From assembly GCF_006345805.1 (NCBI RefSeq), contig NW_021834857.1:1-55595 (forward strand): a stretch of 55,595 nt of DNA. Reading direction: 5' to 3'. A model generated the notes under the pieces. It saw nothing but the letters and a program-made list of their open reading frames with translations, was not told the DNA's origin and did not search any database. Each line of letters opens with the position of its first letter. Positions within the stretch are counted from its first letter, which is position 1. Source of the stretch: Octopus sinensis (lineage: Eukaryota). Made by a program: the position numbers and the translations under genes. This document shows, piece by piece, positions 40,671-54,999 of the stretch.

Positions 40671-41102
40671 TCTTAGTGTAGATTAAAGCAGATTGTATTT
40701 ATTTTCCTTTACTCTTGAATTAAGATGTTCTATGTGAAGAAATTTGATATATTCCGCAAAGCTGCCAGGTTTATTAGTGTAGTAGCACATTCGGAGACTT
40801 CTTTATCAGCAACGCTGTCTGCTATTCTCCTACTTAGGTTTGCAGCCAAATTTTCTCAAAAATGGTCGGCGAATAATTCAAGGATTTACCTAGCGTACCA
40901 ACTTCCCTGTTGGTGTAAATTAGGGCCAGCTATCTCTTAGTAGACAATACAAAGTGGTTTCCTGAAAGTTTATGATCGATGGAAAAGTGAAGGTCAAATT
41001 ATTGGGATATTTCAATGACATTTCTTAGCTTATCAGCAGACAACATAAGAGTACGGTAAGAGATTTACTTGGAATCTACTTACAAGCACACACACACACA
41101 CG

Positions 41103-41146
<44 letters not shown>

Positions 41147-42784
41147 ACACATACACACACACACACACACAGGCGAGATATTTATTTAACACACGTGCTC
41201 AGAAACTTTACATCACTCCCTCGTCGTATAGAAAACCATGCTCCATTATTGTTCTCCCCAAAGCTTATACGGAAAGCGAAAAGAAATGCGAACCATGCTT
41301 GCCCGAGAAATACCAAATTGCAACATAAATTTAATCAATAAAATTTTTTTTTTTTTTCGAAATTAAATCAAATTGTAGAATAATCTAAGAAATAACCAGA
41401 ACCACGCCTGTTACATGTCAGCTATATCGGGTATTTATTTAATACTGGGGTCCCTTCTTTTTTGCCAGCACTATGTGTTCTAAGTTATATACCGTATGTC
41501 TGTGATGCAGATGGATCACACTGCCGGCTGTGATTGCTGAGATATATTATATTCTCTCCGCTGTCTGTATGGCTGCTAATGTCACACTGGTATTTTAAAA
41601 CCCGAGTCTGGCTCGGTCCAGCACCTCTGTGTTATGTAAGCAGTCAGGCAAACAAAGGCGACCCTGCATATATATATATATATATATATACGCAATCTGG
41701 AGAGGTGGTGTTCTCCAATTCGACAAAAGAAACCTGTCCATGAGTTTGCACCTGCTAGAAATTTCAGATCTGGAATTAAATACTGTGTTTCCCTTCTTGT
41801 CTTTTGTTATATTTTCACTGTCCAGCATCTTCGCTTTCAAAATAGAGATAACGCATAAACAGAGCTTGAAAGATTACTTGGAGATACATCGTATATTTTA
41901 TTAATATGTTTAAAGTACCAAAAATAAATGAAACTATTAGACTATTAGTAGTTCTTTCGGTTGTGTATGAAATTGATATAAATATATATATAGTGTCTAC
42001 TGGTGTCTACCGTGAAGGTAGTCGGGGCGGCTGTTATGTCTGGAGTATGATGTAGAGTGCTATGGATTAATGTTGATAGAGATATTTGAGATCACAGCGC
42101 GCTGCAGTTGAACATATTCTGCAAGCTCAGCTCTTATCAGCTTTTAGGTTATTAGACACAATGCGCGCATGCGCGTGTCTGTGTGTGTGAGAGAGTGTGT
42201 GTGTGTGTATAAGCATGTACGTATATATGTATGAATGGATGGATGGATGGATGGATGGATGGATGGATGGATGGATGCAAATACCTCAAATGCAGGTATG
42301 TATGTATTGTCGCCTTGTTGAAAGTCTCGTCATTCCATTTGGCAGAGTCTGCAGGTGAGTATCTTAGCAGACGGTAAACAGCTCCACGTTTAGATTTGGA
42401 AACTGAGAAGAGATGCGATGAAAATGGGAATAGCAAACAGTTAGTGGGGTGGACCACCAGTCAGTGTCTGGGACGAACAAATCACGTGACTTCAAGAGAG
42501 ACAGGGAGGGAGCGAGAGCATTGCACCTTCGATTAGGGAGGTCTTTCATTGCCTCTGTTTCTGGGGTGTAAGCCCTGTGAAGTTGGACATCAAATGATGG
42601 TGTGATGCCATAGTGCCACCCGCAACCCATTATTAGCATGGAATAACACTCAAACATAAATTTTGTTCATACACACATACATACGTATGTGTGAGTGTGT
42701 GTGAGTGCGTGTGAGTGCGTGCGTGCGCGCGCGCGTGTGTGTACGAATGTATATCCTCTTCTTTTTTAATTATTTAAATTCTTT

Positions 42785-43114
42785 CACTGAGAAAGGAACC
42801 GGTTTCTTACACAGATCGAAATCTCCATCGTTGGAATGTAGATAACAAAAACAATGTACATTTTAAACTTGAGAAAAGTCTTGCATATTTTTAGCGTTCC
42901 ACTTACAGATTGTGTTCGTAATGTGTGAGTTTGCTGGTTGATTTCATTTCCCGAAAACTCTAGCCCACCCAGATTGTCATTCAGGCATTTATTCACAAAC
43001 CCAAATGCTCCGATTATTACTGGTATAAATGCGAATTTTTCAATCTGGATATAGAAGCTGAAGGTTTCGCAGCAGTTATCCATATTTAGCCTCTTTCTCC
43101 TTGATTTTCAGAGA
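42785..43114 (-). mobile_element. RLE-type (R4/Dong-like) LINE 3' end
   Basis: SLKIKEKEAKYG*LLRNLQLLYPD / KFAFIPVIIGAFGFVNKCLNDNLGGLEFSGNEINQQTHTLRTQSVSGTLKICKTFLKFKM. The 3' UTR gtaagaaaccggttcctttctc resembles 8005-8030. Confidence 0.75.
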
Positions 43115-44597
43115 TATGTATGTGTGTATGTATGTATGTATGTATGTATGTATGCATGCATGCATGTATGTATGTATGTGTGTCTATGTATGTATGTGTG
43201 TATGTATGTATGTGTGTATGTATGTATGTATGTATGTATGTATGTATGTATGTATGTATGAATGAATGTATGAATGTATGTTTGTATGTATGTATGTATG
43301 TATGTATGTATGAATGTATGTTTGTATGTATGTATGTGTGTATGTATGTATGTATGAATGAATGTATGAATGTATGTTTGTATGTATGTATGTATGTATG
43401 TATGTATGAATGTATGTATGAATGAATGTATGAATGTATGTTTGTATGTATGTATGTATGAATGTATGTTTGTATGTATGTATGTGTGTATGTATGTAGG
43501 TAGGTATGTATGTATGTATGTATGTATGTATGTATGTATGTATGTAGTAGGTATGTATGTATGTATGTATGTATGTATGTATGTATGAATGAATGTTGTA
43601 TGTATGTATGTATGTATGTATGTAGTGTATGTATGTATGTATGTATGTATGAATGAATGTATGAATGTATGTTTTTGTATGTTGTAGGTATGTATGTATG
43701 TATGATGTTTTGTATGTGTATGTATGTGTATGTATGTATGTATGAATGAATGTATGAATGTATGTTTGTATGTATGTATGGTTGTATGTATGTATGTATG
43801 TATGTATGTATGTATGTATGTATGTATGAATGAATTATGAATGTATGTTTGTATGTATGTATGTGTGTATGTATGTATGTATGAATGAATGTATGAATGT
43901 ATGTTTGTATGTATGTATGTTTGTATGTATGTATGTATGTATGTATGTATGTATGTATGAATGAATGTATGAATGTATGTTTGTATGTATGTATGTATGT
44001 ATGTATGTATGTATGTATGTATGTATGTATGTATGTATGTATGTATGTATGTATGTATGAATGAATGTATGAATGTATGTATGTATGTATGTATGTATGT
44101 ATGAATGAATGTATGAATGTATGTTTGTATGTATGTATGTATGTATGTATGTATGAATGTATGTTTGTATGTATGTATGTGTGTATGTATGTATGTATGA
44201 ATGAATGTATGAATGTATGTTTGTATGTATGTATGTTTGTATGTATGTATGTATGTATGTATGTATGTATGAATGAATTATGAATGTATGTTTGTATGTA
44301 TGTATGTGTGTATGTATGTATGTATGAATGAATGTATGAATGTATGTTTGTATGTATGTATGTTTGTATGTATGTATGTATGTATGTATGTATGTATGTA
44401 TGTATGTATGTATGTATGAATGAATGTATGAATGTATGTATGTATGAATGAATGTATGAATGTATGTTTGTATGTATGTATGTTTGTTTGTATGTATGTA
44501 TGTATGTATGTATGTGTGTATGTATGTATGTATGAATGAATGTATAATGTATTTTTGTATGTATGTATGTTTGTATGTATGTATGTTTGTATGTATG

Positions 44598-44628
<31 letters not shown>

Positions 44629-46653
44629 TGTATGTATGAATAATGTATGAATGTTATGTATGTATGTATGTATTGTATTTGTATGTATTAAGTATGTATG
44701 TATGTATGTATGTATGTATGTATGTATGTATGAATGAATGTATGAATGTATGTATGTATGTATGTATGTATGTATGTATGTCTGTATGTATGAATGAATG
44801 TATGAATGTATGTTGTATGTATGTATGTGTGTATGTATGTATGTATGTATGTATGTATGTATGTATGAATGAATGTATGAAGTATGTATGTATGTATGTA
44901 GTATGTAGTAAGTATGTATGTATGTATGCATGCATGCATGTATGTATGTATGTGTGTCTATGTATGTATGTGTGGTATGTATGTATGTGTGTATGTATGT
45001 ATGTATTATGTATGCATGCATGCATGTATGTATGTATGTGTGTCTATGTATGTATGTGTGTATGTATGTATGTGTGTATCTATGTATGTATGTATGTATG
45101 TATGTATGTATGTATGTATGTGTGTATGTATGTATGTATGTATGTATGTATGTATGTATGTATGTATGTATGAATGAATGTATGAATGTATGTTTGTATG
45201 TATGTATGTATGTATGCATGCATGCATGTATGTATGTATGTGTGTCTATGTATGTATGTGTGTATGTATGTATGTGTGTATGTATGCATGTATGTATGTA
45301 TGTATGTATGTATGTATGTATGTATGTATGTATGTATGTATGTATGTATGTATGAATGAATGTATGTTTGTATGTATGTATGTATGTATGTATGTATGAA
45401 TGAATGTATGAATGTATGTTTGTATGTATGTATGTATGTATGTATGCATGCATGCATGTATATATGTATGTGTGTCTATGTATGTATGCGTGTATGTATG
45501 TATGTGTGTATGTATGTATGTATGTATGTATGTATGTATGTATGTATGTATGTATGCATGTATGTATGAATGAATGTATGAATGTATGTTTGTATGTATG
45601 TATGTGTGTATGTATGTATGTATGTATGTATGTATGTATGTATGTATGAATGAATGTATGAATGTATGTTTGTATGTATGTATGTATGTATGTATGTATT
45701 ATTATGTTGTATGTATGAATGAATGTATGAATGTATGTTTGTTATGTATGTATGTATGTATGTATGTATGAATGTTATTTTGTATGTATGTATGTGTGTA
45801 GTATGTATGTATGAATGAATGTATGAATGTATGTTTGTATGTATGTATGTTTGTATGTATGTATGTATGTATGTATGTATGTTATGTATGTATGTATGTA
45901 TGTTATGTATGTATGTATGTATGTATGAATGAATTATGAATGTAGTTTATGTATGTATGTAGGTGTGTATGTATTATGTATGAATGAATGTATGAATGTA
46001 TGTTTGTATGTATGTATGTTTGTATGTATGTATGTATGTATGTATGTATGTATGTTGTGTATGTATGTATGTATGTATGGAATGAATGTATGAATGTATG
46101 TATTATGAATGATGTATGAATGTATGTTTGTATGTATGTATGTTTGTATGTATGTATGAATGAATTATGAATGTATGTTTGTATGTATGTATGTTTGTAT
46201 GTATGTATGTTTGTATGTATGTATGTATGTATGTATGTATGTATGTATGTATGTATGTATGAATGAATGAATGAATGTATGAATGTATGTTTGTATGTAT
46301 GTATGTGTGTATGTATGTATGTATGTATGTATGTATGTATGTATGTATGTATGAATGAATGTATGAATGTATGTTTGTATGTATGTATGTATGTATGTAT
46401 GTATGTATGTATGCATGTATGTATGAATGAATGTATGAATGTATGTTTGTATGTATGTATGTGTGTATGTATGTATGTATGTATGTATGTATGTATGTGT
46501 GTATGTATGTATGTATGAATGAATGTATGAATGTATGTTTGTATGTATGTATGTTTGTATGTATGTATGTTTGTATGTATGTATGTATGTATGTATGTAT
46601 GTATGTATGTATGTATGTATGTATGTATGAATGAATGTATGAATGTATGTATG

Positions 46654-46684
<31 letters not shown>

Positions 46685-46873
46685 GTATGTATGTATGTAT
46701 GTATGTATGTATGTATGAATGAATGTATGAATGTATGTATGTATGTATGTATGTATGTATGTATGTATGTATGTATGAATGAATGTATGAATGTATGTTT
46801 GTATGTATGTATGTGTGTATGTATGTATGTATGTATGTATGTATGTATGTATGAATGAATGTATGAATGTATG

Positions 46874-46904
<31 letters not shown>

Positions 46905-48231
46905 GTATGTATGTATGTATGCATGCATGCATGTATGTATGTATGTGTGTCTATGTATGTATGTGTGTATGTATGTATGTGTGTATGTATGTATGTATGT
47001 ATGTATGCATGCATGCATGTATGTATGTATGTGTGTCTATGTATGTATGTGTGTATGTATGTATGTGTGTATCTATGTATGTATGTATGTATGTATGTAT
47101 GTATGTATGTATGTGTGTGTGTATGTATGTATGTATGTATGTATGTATGTATGTATGTATGAATGAATGTATGAATGTATGTTTGTATGTTTGTATGTAT
47201 GTATGTATGTATGTATGCATGCATGCATGTATGTATGTATGTGTGTCTATGTATGTATGTGTGTATGTATGTATGTGTGTATGTATGCATGTATGTATGT
47301 ATGTGTGTGTGTATGTATGGTATGTATGTATGTAATGTAGTATGTATGTATGTATGTATGTATGTATGTATGTATGAATGAATGTATTTGTATGTATGTA
47401 TGTATGTATGTATGTATGGTATGAATGATGTATGAATGTATGTTTGTATGTATGTATGTATGTATGTATGCATGCATGCATGTATGTATGTATGTGTGTC
47501 TATGTATGTATGTGTGTATGTATGTATGTGTGTATGTATGTATGTATGTATGTATGTATGTATGTATGTATGTATGAATGAATGTATGAATGTATGTTTG
47601 TATGTATGTATGTGTGTATGTATGTATGTATGTATGTATGTATGAATGAATGTATGAATGTATGTTTGTATGTATGTATGTATGTATGTATGTATGTATG
47701 TATGTATGTATGTATGTATGAATGAATGTATGAATGTATGTTTGTATGTATGTATGTATGTATGTATGTATGAATGTATGTTTGTATGTATGTATGTGTG
47801 TATGTATGTATGTATGAATGAATGTATGAATGTATGTTTGTATGTATGTATGTTTGTATGTATGTATGTATGTATGTATGTATGTATGTATGTATGAATG
47901 AATTATGAATGTATGTTTTATGTATGTGTATGTGTTAGTATGTATGTGATGAATGAATGTATGAATGTATGTTTGTATGTATGTATGTAATGTATGTATG
48001 TTTGTCTGTATGTATGTATGTATGTATGTATGTATGTATGGATGTATGATGAATATGATGTATGTATGTATGAATGAATGTATGAATGTATGTTTGTATG
48101 TATGTATGTTTGTATGTATGGATGTATGTATGTATGTATGTATGTGTGTATGTATGTATGTATGAATGAATGTATGAACGTATTTTGTATGTATGTATGT
48201 TTGTATGTATGTATGTTTGTATGTATGTATG

Positions 48232-48262
<31 letters not shown>

Positions 48263-48826
48263 TGAATGAAGTAATGAATGTATGTATGTATGTATGTATG
48301 TATGTAGTGTGATGTAAGTATGGTGTATGTATGTATGTATGTATGTATGTATTATGAATGATGTATGAATGTATGTATGTATGTATGTATGTATGTATGT
48401 ATGTAGAATGAATGTATGAATGTATGTTTGTATGTATGTATGTGTGTAGTATGTAGTATGTATGTATGTTATGTATGTATGAATGAATGTATGAATGTAT
48501 GTATGTATGTATGTATGTATGTATGTATGTATGTATATGTATGTGTAATGCATGCATGCATGTATGTATGTATGTGTGTCTATGTATGTATGTGTGTATG
48601 TATGTATGTGTGTATGTATGTATGTATGTATGTATGCATGCATGCATGTATATGTATGTGTGTGTCTTGTATGTATGTGTGTATGTATGTATGTGTGTAT
48701 CTATGTATGTATGTATTATGTATGTATGTATGTATGTATGTATGTATGTGTGTGTGTATGTTATGTATGTATGTTTATGTATGTATGTATGTATGTATGA
48801 ATGAATGTATGAATGTATGTATGTAT
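43115..48826. repeat. 5.7 kb (TATG)n-derived satellite with higher-order variant modules
   Basis: tatg backbone with recurrent modules atgaatgaatgtatgaatgtatgtttgtatgt and tatgcatgcatgcatgtatgtatgtatgtgtgtctatgtatgtatgtgtgtatgt. Confidence 0.95.
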
Positions 48827-49900
48827 AAATTACGTTGTTTGCAAAATATTTACATCTTTAATTGTTCACGTTTTAATTAATTCTGTGTCAAGATGTGCAA
48901 TAAAACATACCACTATATAGATTGTAGGATTTAAATAGTCGTGTGTGTATATACGTGTGTGTGTGTGCGCGTGTGTGTGCGTGTGTATGTGTCGCGGAGG
49001 GGTAAATCTGTATGTGTATTGAATATGTAAGAATATGTATATATCTGTGTGTGTGTGTGTGTGTGTGTGCATATGGTGGTAGCGGGGGGGGGGATGAATG
49101 ACAGAGTCGGTAGCGTGTCGGGCATTAAAACTTGTGCTATTTACATTCTGAGCTCAAATTTCGTCCAAGTCTACCTTTCAGATAACATTTCAATGTCTAA
49201 GAATGAGGTCAGGAGTGATGGATGTAAACAAAGAAACACTCAAAAACGGTGCCCCAGAATGGCGAGTCTAAAAGCAATACTTGAAGTACACAGGAATCAG
49301 TTCGGTGTATTTTTAAAAGATAAAAGGCTGGGGAGATGGTTCACAACTCATGGAAAGGCATTTCTCCACCACCTCAACGTTCACAGTCAAATACTCCGGC
49401 CTCCCCCACCCACTTTTTCTCCTCCTCCTCTCTCTGTATCTCTTCTGTCCTATCCCCATTGTCTCTCATATGCATAAAATTCAATGATTTTACACAAGAG
49501 ACTAAATTACTCAGCGTCGCCTTCCCCGTGTGAAAGAAAAGCAGTTAAGTTAGTGTTGGTCTATTTAATGTAGGGAGCAATTAGAAATAATGTGGTGAAG
49601 AAAAGATGACTCAATGAGTAATTTTGTTTCACAAAAGACAAACAATTCTGAGTACGTTTCTGCCTTATTATGACCTCATCAATGGGCAACAGACTTCTTA
49701 TGTCGTTATTGACAATATAGTGTTTGAGTAAAGTTCTTGGTCAAGCGAGTTCTTGTCACAGTTTCGAACCTCGGTTGGGGCCTGTAATTTTCGCGTTGCG
49801 AATACAAATATTTTAGGGATGTAGAGGTACTTTCTGGCGGTAAATAAGTGGACTAGATTTACACTTGTTTGAAGTAACAAGTGACATAGACGAATGATCG

Positions 49901-50190
49901 TCACCACCACCATCACCACCACCATCACCACCACCATCACCACCACCATCACCACCACCATTAACACCACCATCACCACCACCATCACCACCACCATCAC
50001 CACCACCATCACCACCACCATCACCACCACCATCACCACCACCATCACCACCACCCCATTAACACCACCATCACCACCACCATCACCACCACCACCATCA
50101 CCACCACCATCACCACCACCATCACCACCACCATCACCACCACCATCACCACTACCATCACCACCACCATCACCACCACAACCACCACTA
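49901..50190. repeat. (ACCACCATC)n 9-bp minisatellite
   Basis: Regular caccaccat units with two ccattaac interruptions. Confidence 0.9.
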
Positions 50191-50509
50191 TCATCAGCAG
50201 TGGCAGCAGCAGCAGCAGCAACTGTCTCTAACAACAGCTGTAGAACTCATCACGTTTCGGTAATTTAGCACTGACGACTCCCCACAGAGGTGGCAGCGGC
50301 GGCGGCGATGGTAGTGGTGGTGGGTAGAGGAGCATCATGAACATGGAGGAGAGGGTGAGACAGAGAAGGAAGTTGAGGGGAGTTGGATAGGTTAGACGTC
50401 TGAGTAAGACAGAGGGAATCGGCGAAAGAGAGCTTGTGGAATGTAATAGTGATGTATTAGGAAGACGGAGACAGAAAGAGAGTAAGGGAAGAGAGAGAGA
50501 GAGAAGTGA

Positions 50510-50532
50510 GAATAGTAGTGGTAGTGGTGACG

Positions 50533-50563
<31 letters not shown>

Positions 50564-50621
50564 CAGCAGCAGTAGCAGTAGCAGTAGCAGCAGCAGCAGT
50601 AGTAGTAGTAGTAGTAGTAGT

Positions 50622-50672
<51 letters not shown>
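50510..50672. repeat. Compound (AGC)n/(AGT)n repeat
   Basis: Direct inspection. Confidence 0.9.
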
Positions 50673-50673
<1 letters not shown>

Positions 50674-51307
50674 AAGGCGACAAAGGAAGATATTTAATTG
50701 AACTTGAACCTGCGGACAATTTTCTCTCGAACTTGGTTGTTGTGACCCCAATATACAACAGAGATTATTGGATGAGCGGCGGGGTAGGGTACGGGTTTAT
50801 TAAGAAACACCACCAGTAATATACACTTCATTGTATCGGGTAGAGATAGGGGTGGAATAGACAGAGCAGGATGGGGAGGAATGTCTTCTAATTCCAAGAA
50901 CACCGAAGACTCTGATGAATGATGGCAACCAGAAATAATTTCAATGTCACGATTTTGTAGGATTAAAAAATTTGATCAATTTTATGATGATTAAAAACTA
51001 AGATTCAGATTTTTTCAGATTTTCAAACGATGTGGAATCTTGATAAATGATAAAAAACAGCGTCTGACATTTTGACGACGGAATTTTGAACATTTTTTCC
51101 CACTTCGCCTCGCCAATATGGGGAAAGGGGTGACATTGAGGGTTATAGGCGATGCCTTCCACCCCCTCCTTAATTGTTACTAAATACAATTTGTTGGTTT
51201 TAGTATATTATTCTGATATTAAAACGAGTATCCTAGTTTCTCTACTTTTAAGTAATTATTATATATATATATATGTATATATAAATATATAATATATAAT
51301 ATTATAT

Positions 51308-51369
<62 letters not shown>

Positions 51370-51377
51370 ATATATCT

Positions 51378-51480
51378 GTAAAGTAATATGTGACAATTAT
51401 TCGGTAGCCGTGATAAAACTCCGAGGTTTCGGAAGCCGAGGTGGAAATCCACGCCGCCATCTCTTCAGTTATCTGGCAAT
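51378..51480 (-). mobile_element. pLTR-like element with hammerhead-like motif (same family as 35890-36145)
   Basis: Minus strand 51473-51412 reads gataa-ctgaaga-gatggcggcgtggatttccacctcggcttcc-gaaac-ctcgga-gtt-ttatc. Adjacent to (AT)n. Confidence 0.65.
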
Positions 51481-51537
51481 CGGAAAAAAATTACCATTTT
51501 ATACACACACACACACACACACATACATACATATATA

Positions 51538-51589
<52 letters not shown>

Positions 51590-51591
<2 letters not shown>

Positions 51592-51705
51592 TAAAAAAAA
51601 TACAAACTGGGACAAGAACGCAAAACATTTAGAAGACGATACAAAAAAAACACGGAAGCCTTCAATCTTCAGTCAAGAACCGGATCATCTTCGCATTTCG
51701 GCTGA
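51590..51705 (-). mobile_element. Short pLTR-like fragment between (AT)n tracts
   Basis: The minus strand has cagccgaaat...cttgactgaagattgaaggcttc. Shares aaaacatttagaag and cagtcaag with 54100-54165. Confidence 0.4.
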
Positions 51706-52596
51706 ATATATATATTATATATATATATATATATATATTATACAAATCTATACGTGTATGTGTGTGTGTGTGTATCTTGGATTTTCGTGGTGTGAAATAG
51801 TGTAAAGACAAACCTGCCCATAGGTTTCCTACTGGGGGAACTCGCCACTTCTAGTGAACGTATCCTTTGTCAGTTCTAGAGTACATTAGCTCCCTGCAGT
51901 GGTGAGTCTGACAACTAATGATACCTACTTCGAACTAATAGGATTCGTCCAATCAGAGATAAGTCCAAAGGACACAGACCCCGTTGATGACAAGATAGGG
52001 AAGAGACTAACCTTTCATCTCCTGCCTCCGCTTCTCCAGCCATTCACTCAACCACGCATACACTCTATTAAGGAATGCAGCTTATATCTAATTTCTGCTC
52101 AGTTTTTGGTGCAATTGAAATATTGGCTAATGATTCCTCTTAGAAGTATTTTTATCAGTTTAATAATGAAAGTACGTTTGCTATTTCCACCAGACTTTTT
52201 GGCTCTTGTCTGCCATTCTCCCACATAGATAAATTATAGATATGTATATTTATTTATTTCTGGGAATCCATAGATAACTGTTTCTACGAAATTTTATTGT
52301 ATATCGATCGTTAATTAGGTTTTCCTTATAACTTACCGTCTTTTTCTGTTGTGGAGCAAAGAAGCGAGGAAGCTATTCAATCTCTGTATATCTTATATCT
52401 ATCTGGACCTTCACTCCGATACATACATACATACATACATTCTTGAGTAATATATTTCTGCATTTCTATGTACGTGCGCCAATTTCCGAGGAGAATGTTT
52501 CTACTGAGCTTTATTTTTCAAACGTGTTGGTCTTAATCCGTCGCCCTGTCTGATACTACCATGTACCTTTAGTATAGTCAATATATATAAAGGAAA

Positions 52597-52658
<62 letters not shown>

Positions 52659-52692
52659 GTATCTTACTACTGGAAGACATCTTTTCTCACAG

Positions 52693-52777
52693 CTCTGTCA
52701 TGGATTACCCTCTGTGAACATTTACCAAAAGTTGGACGATTTAGAGTTGCCATTCGTCTACAATTAACTCGAAAAAG
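52693..52777 (+). other. Candidate 85-nt internal exon
   Basis: Acceptor catcttttctcacag| and donor aaaag|gtaaga. One open frame, (A)LSWITLCEHLPKVGRFRVAIRLQLTRK. No recognised homology. Confidence 0.25.
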
Positions 52778-53763
52778 GTAAGAACTGAATTTTTCTAAAA
52801 AAATGTTCTCGCTTTTTAAGATGCCCCCTACCCAGATATTTTGAGCATCTTGCATTAAGTCAACCTTGAACGAAACATGTCAACAGAACATGCCCCTATA
52901 GTAGGAAAAATGATGCGAAAAAACTTCAGAAAATGAACAAAAATTATTATGGGGAAAGTCGTTGCATTCTTGTTAAAAAATTAATGGTAATTCCAGGCTT
53001 TTTAGCTAAACTGTTTGAGTTGCTTAACAACGACGATACGCATGCGCAAATGTCTTCCCGACCAAACAGACAAAAGAGCCAATTAGCTAACAGCTTCGTA
53101 CGTTCTGGCAATAAGACATATTTTGTATATAAATGAATTGAGAAAACATTTATCTGGCAATATTTTGTAACAAAATCAAATGCATGTTGACAAGGACTCT
53201 TTTTTTTTTATTATTTAAGAAAGAGAAAATAGTTCTAAACTTCTGTAACGCTAAAATCGGAATGCATTTGCTCGTGCCCGCGAAGGCGCTATTAGAGCTA
53301 TGCATATGACGAAAGAAAAACCACGGAACAGTGTATCTGTTATTAAAACTGCGAATGGGGCGAATAGGATACCGAGAAGGTGCAACATACACAGATGTTG
53401 CAAGGCTTAGATCGATGTGGAAGGGTTGCAGTAGAAGGGTCAGGAACAAAGATATTGGCAAGAAGATCGCCTCCTGCCTTGTCATCACCTTACTGCCACA
53501 ATGTAACAAGTAATGAGGGCTGAACTGTCCAGTAATAATATATTGCTGGGTGGGGGGGCTCTCAAGGGACATACAAATCCTGATGGCCCTCAATGATCAC
53601 AGAGTCATGCTGGAGCATTGTTCTATCGGGGGTTCAAAAGAAAAGGTAAGGACACTGCTAGTGTAGGGCAGCAAAGCTCTGATGATTTATATTTGGGAGC
53701 AAAACCCATTCGAGGGCTTTCTGTCTCCAAGGGCATCAGCGACAAAAGGAAAGAAAATAGTAG

Positions 53764-53890
53764 CAGATGAAGGGTCGTTCTTTATGTTACTTTCCTGTTT
53801 TCCATTTGTTTCTTTCGTTGTTTGCGTATTCAACTCTTGTGTTTTCGTATTTCATGTTGTTTACTGTATGTGACGTCCTGTACCCATATA
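53764..53890 (+). mobile_element. pLTR-like family P2 copy
   Basis: cagatgaagggtcgttctttatgtt...gtgacgtcctgtaccc followed by an (AT)-rich repeat. Aligns to 24689-24835. Confidence 0.6.
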
Positions 53891-53977
53891 TGCATATATA
53901 TGTGTGTGTGTGTATGTTTGTATGTATGCATGTATATGCATATATATATATATATTATCTATATGATTATATATATA

Positions 53978-54030
<53 letters not shown>

Positions 54031-54033
<3 letters not shown>

Positions 54034-54975
54034 GGGACAAAAACGCAATAGAGACCAATTAAACATTCGGAGAGATAGGTGATACAAAGGCGGATAGGAG
54101 AAACAACATTTAGAAGGACAGGCAAAAAAAAAGACGGGTCATTCGTGGCCTCCTTTCCCCAGTCAAGTTACCAGAAGTCCTTACTGTTTCAGGAAGTTAC
54201 ACTAGAGAGAGTTCGATCTGGTTCGCCACCAAAATAGTCTGAGCTAAAAGCATTAGATTTTTTTATAAGAAAGCTAACGAATGTGTGAGGAACGAAAGAC
54301 AAAAAACGGAGAACATGGTAAACAATAAAAAGAACAAGAAAATAGCTAAAGGTGTCTTTCGATTGAGAACGAATCAAATTGGGCTGGCGTGTATGAAGCG
54401 AAAGCCTAAAGGTAGGAATATAGGAGATGGACATAAGATGTGTTGGCGGTCGGGAGTCAGGCCAAGAAAGATCATAGCTAGCCGGGAAGAAAATGGAGAA
54501 ATTGCTCTCTTCTCAGCCAGGCATAATCTGCACTTCCTGCTACTATTGAAGTGCGGTTTGCATCTTTCTAGGATCTTCCAATTTATGCTGTACTCTGTGG
54601 CACTTTCTCTCAGAGTCCAGACGTGCTTGGCTAGGGTCGTGGCGTTATGTCTCTCTGGGATGTTGAATGAGGACTTGTCATTATTAAAGCAGGTTCTGAA
54701 GGGGCCTTCCATTGCTCCTACATACTTCCACATGCTCATTTGTCCAATGAGTCCTGTTGCTGTTACTTATGCCTCGATAACAACTGTTTCTGTATTGCAG
54801 TGGCTGTTTAGTGGACAAGTTGTGTTACTCCCTGCATGAGCATCCTGCCTACTTACTAAAATCTTCTTTTTTTTTACATTAGGTGCACAGCTGCAGGATA
54901 ATCTCATGGTATGTCTATCAAATATTTTGTTATATCTATTGTTATGGGGAAAGTGTCTGTCAGCTAAACTGTGGT
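54031..54975 (-). mobile_element. Penelope-like element 3' part: thumb end, Cys motif, GIY-YIG endonuclease and pLTR (decayed)
   Basis: DRHFPHNNRYNKIFDRHTMRLSCSCAPN; CSCR/SNTTCPLNSHCNTETVVIEA*V; KYVGAMEGPFRTCFNNDKSSF...TTLAKHVWTLRESATEYSINWKILERCKP...KCRLCLAEK. Ends next to (AT)n at about 54031. Confidence 0.85.
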
Positions 54976-54999
54976 CTTACCTTCTCTGGTCTTAACGCT

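Noticed and set aside
42346-42354. Possible 9-nt micro-exon (ggcag|agtctgcag|gtgagt)
   Set aside because: Weak polypyrimidine tract and no supporting flanking exons; cannot be supported without RNA data.
44278-48647. Long ORFs of 370-466 aa (HTYI/MYVC repeats)
   Set aside because: Translations of the (TATG)n array, whose minus-strand frames lack stop codons. No coding signal.
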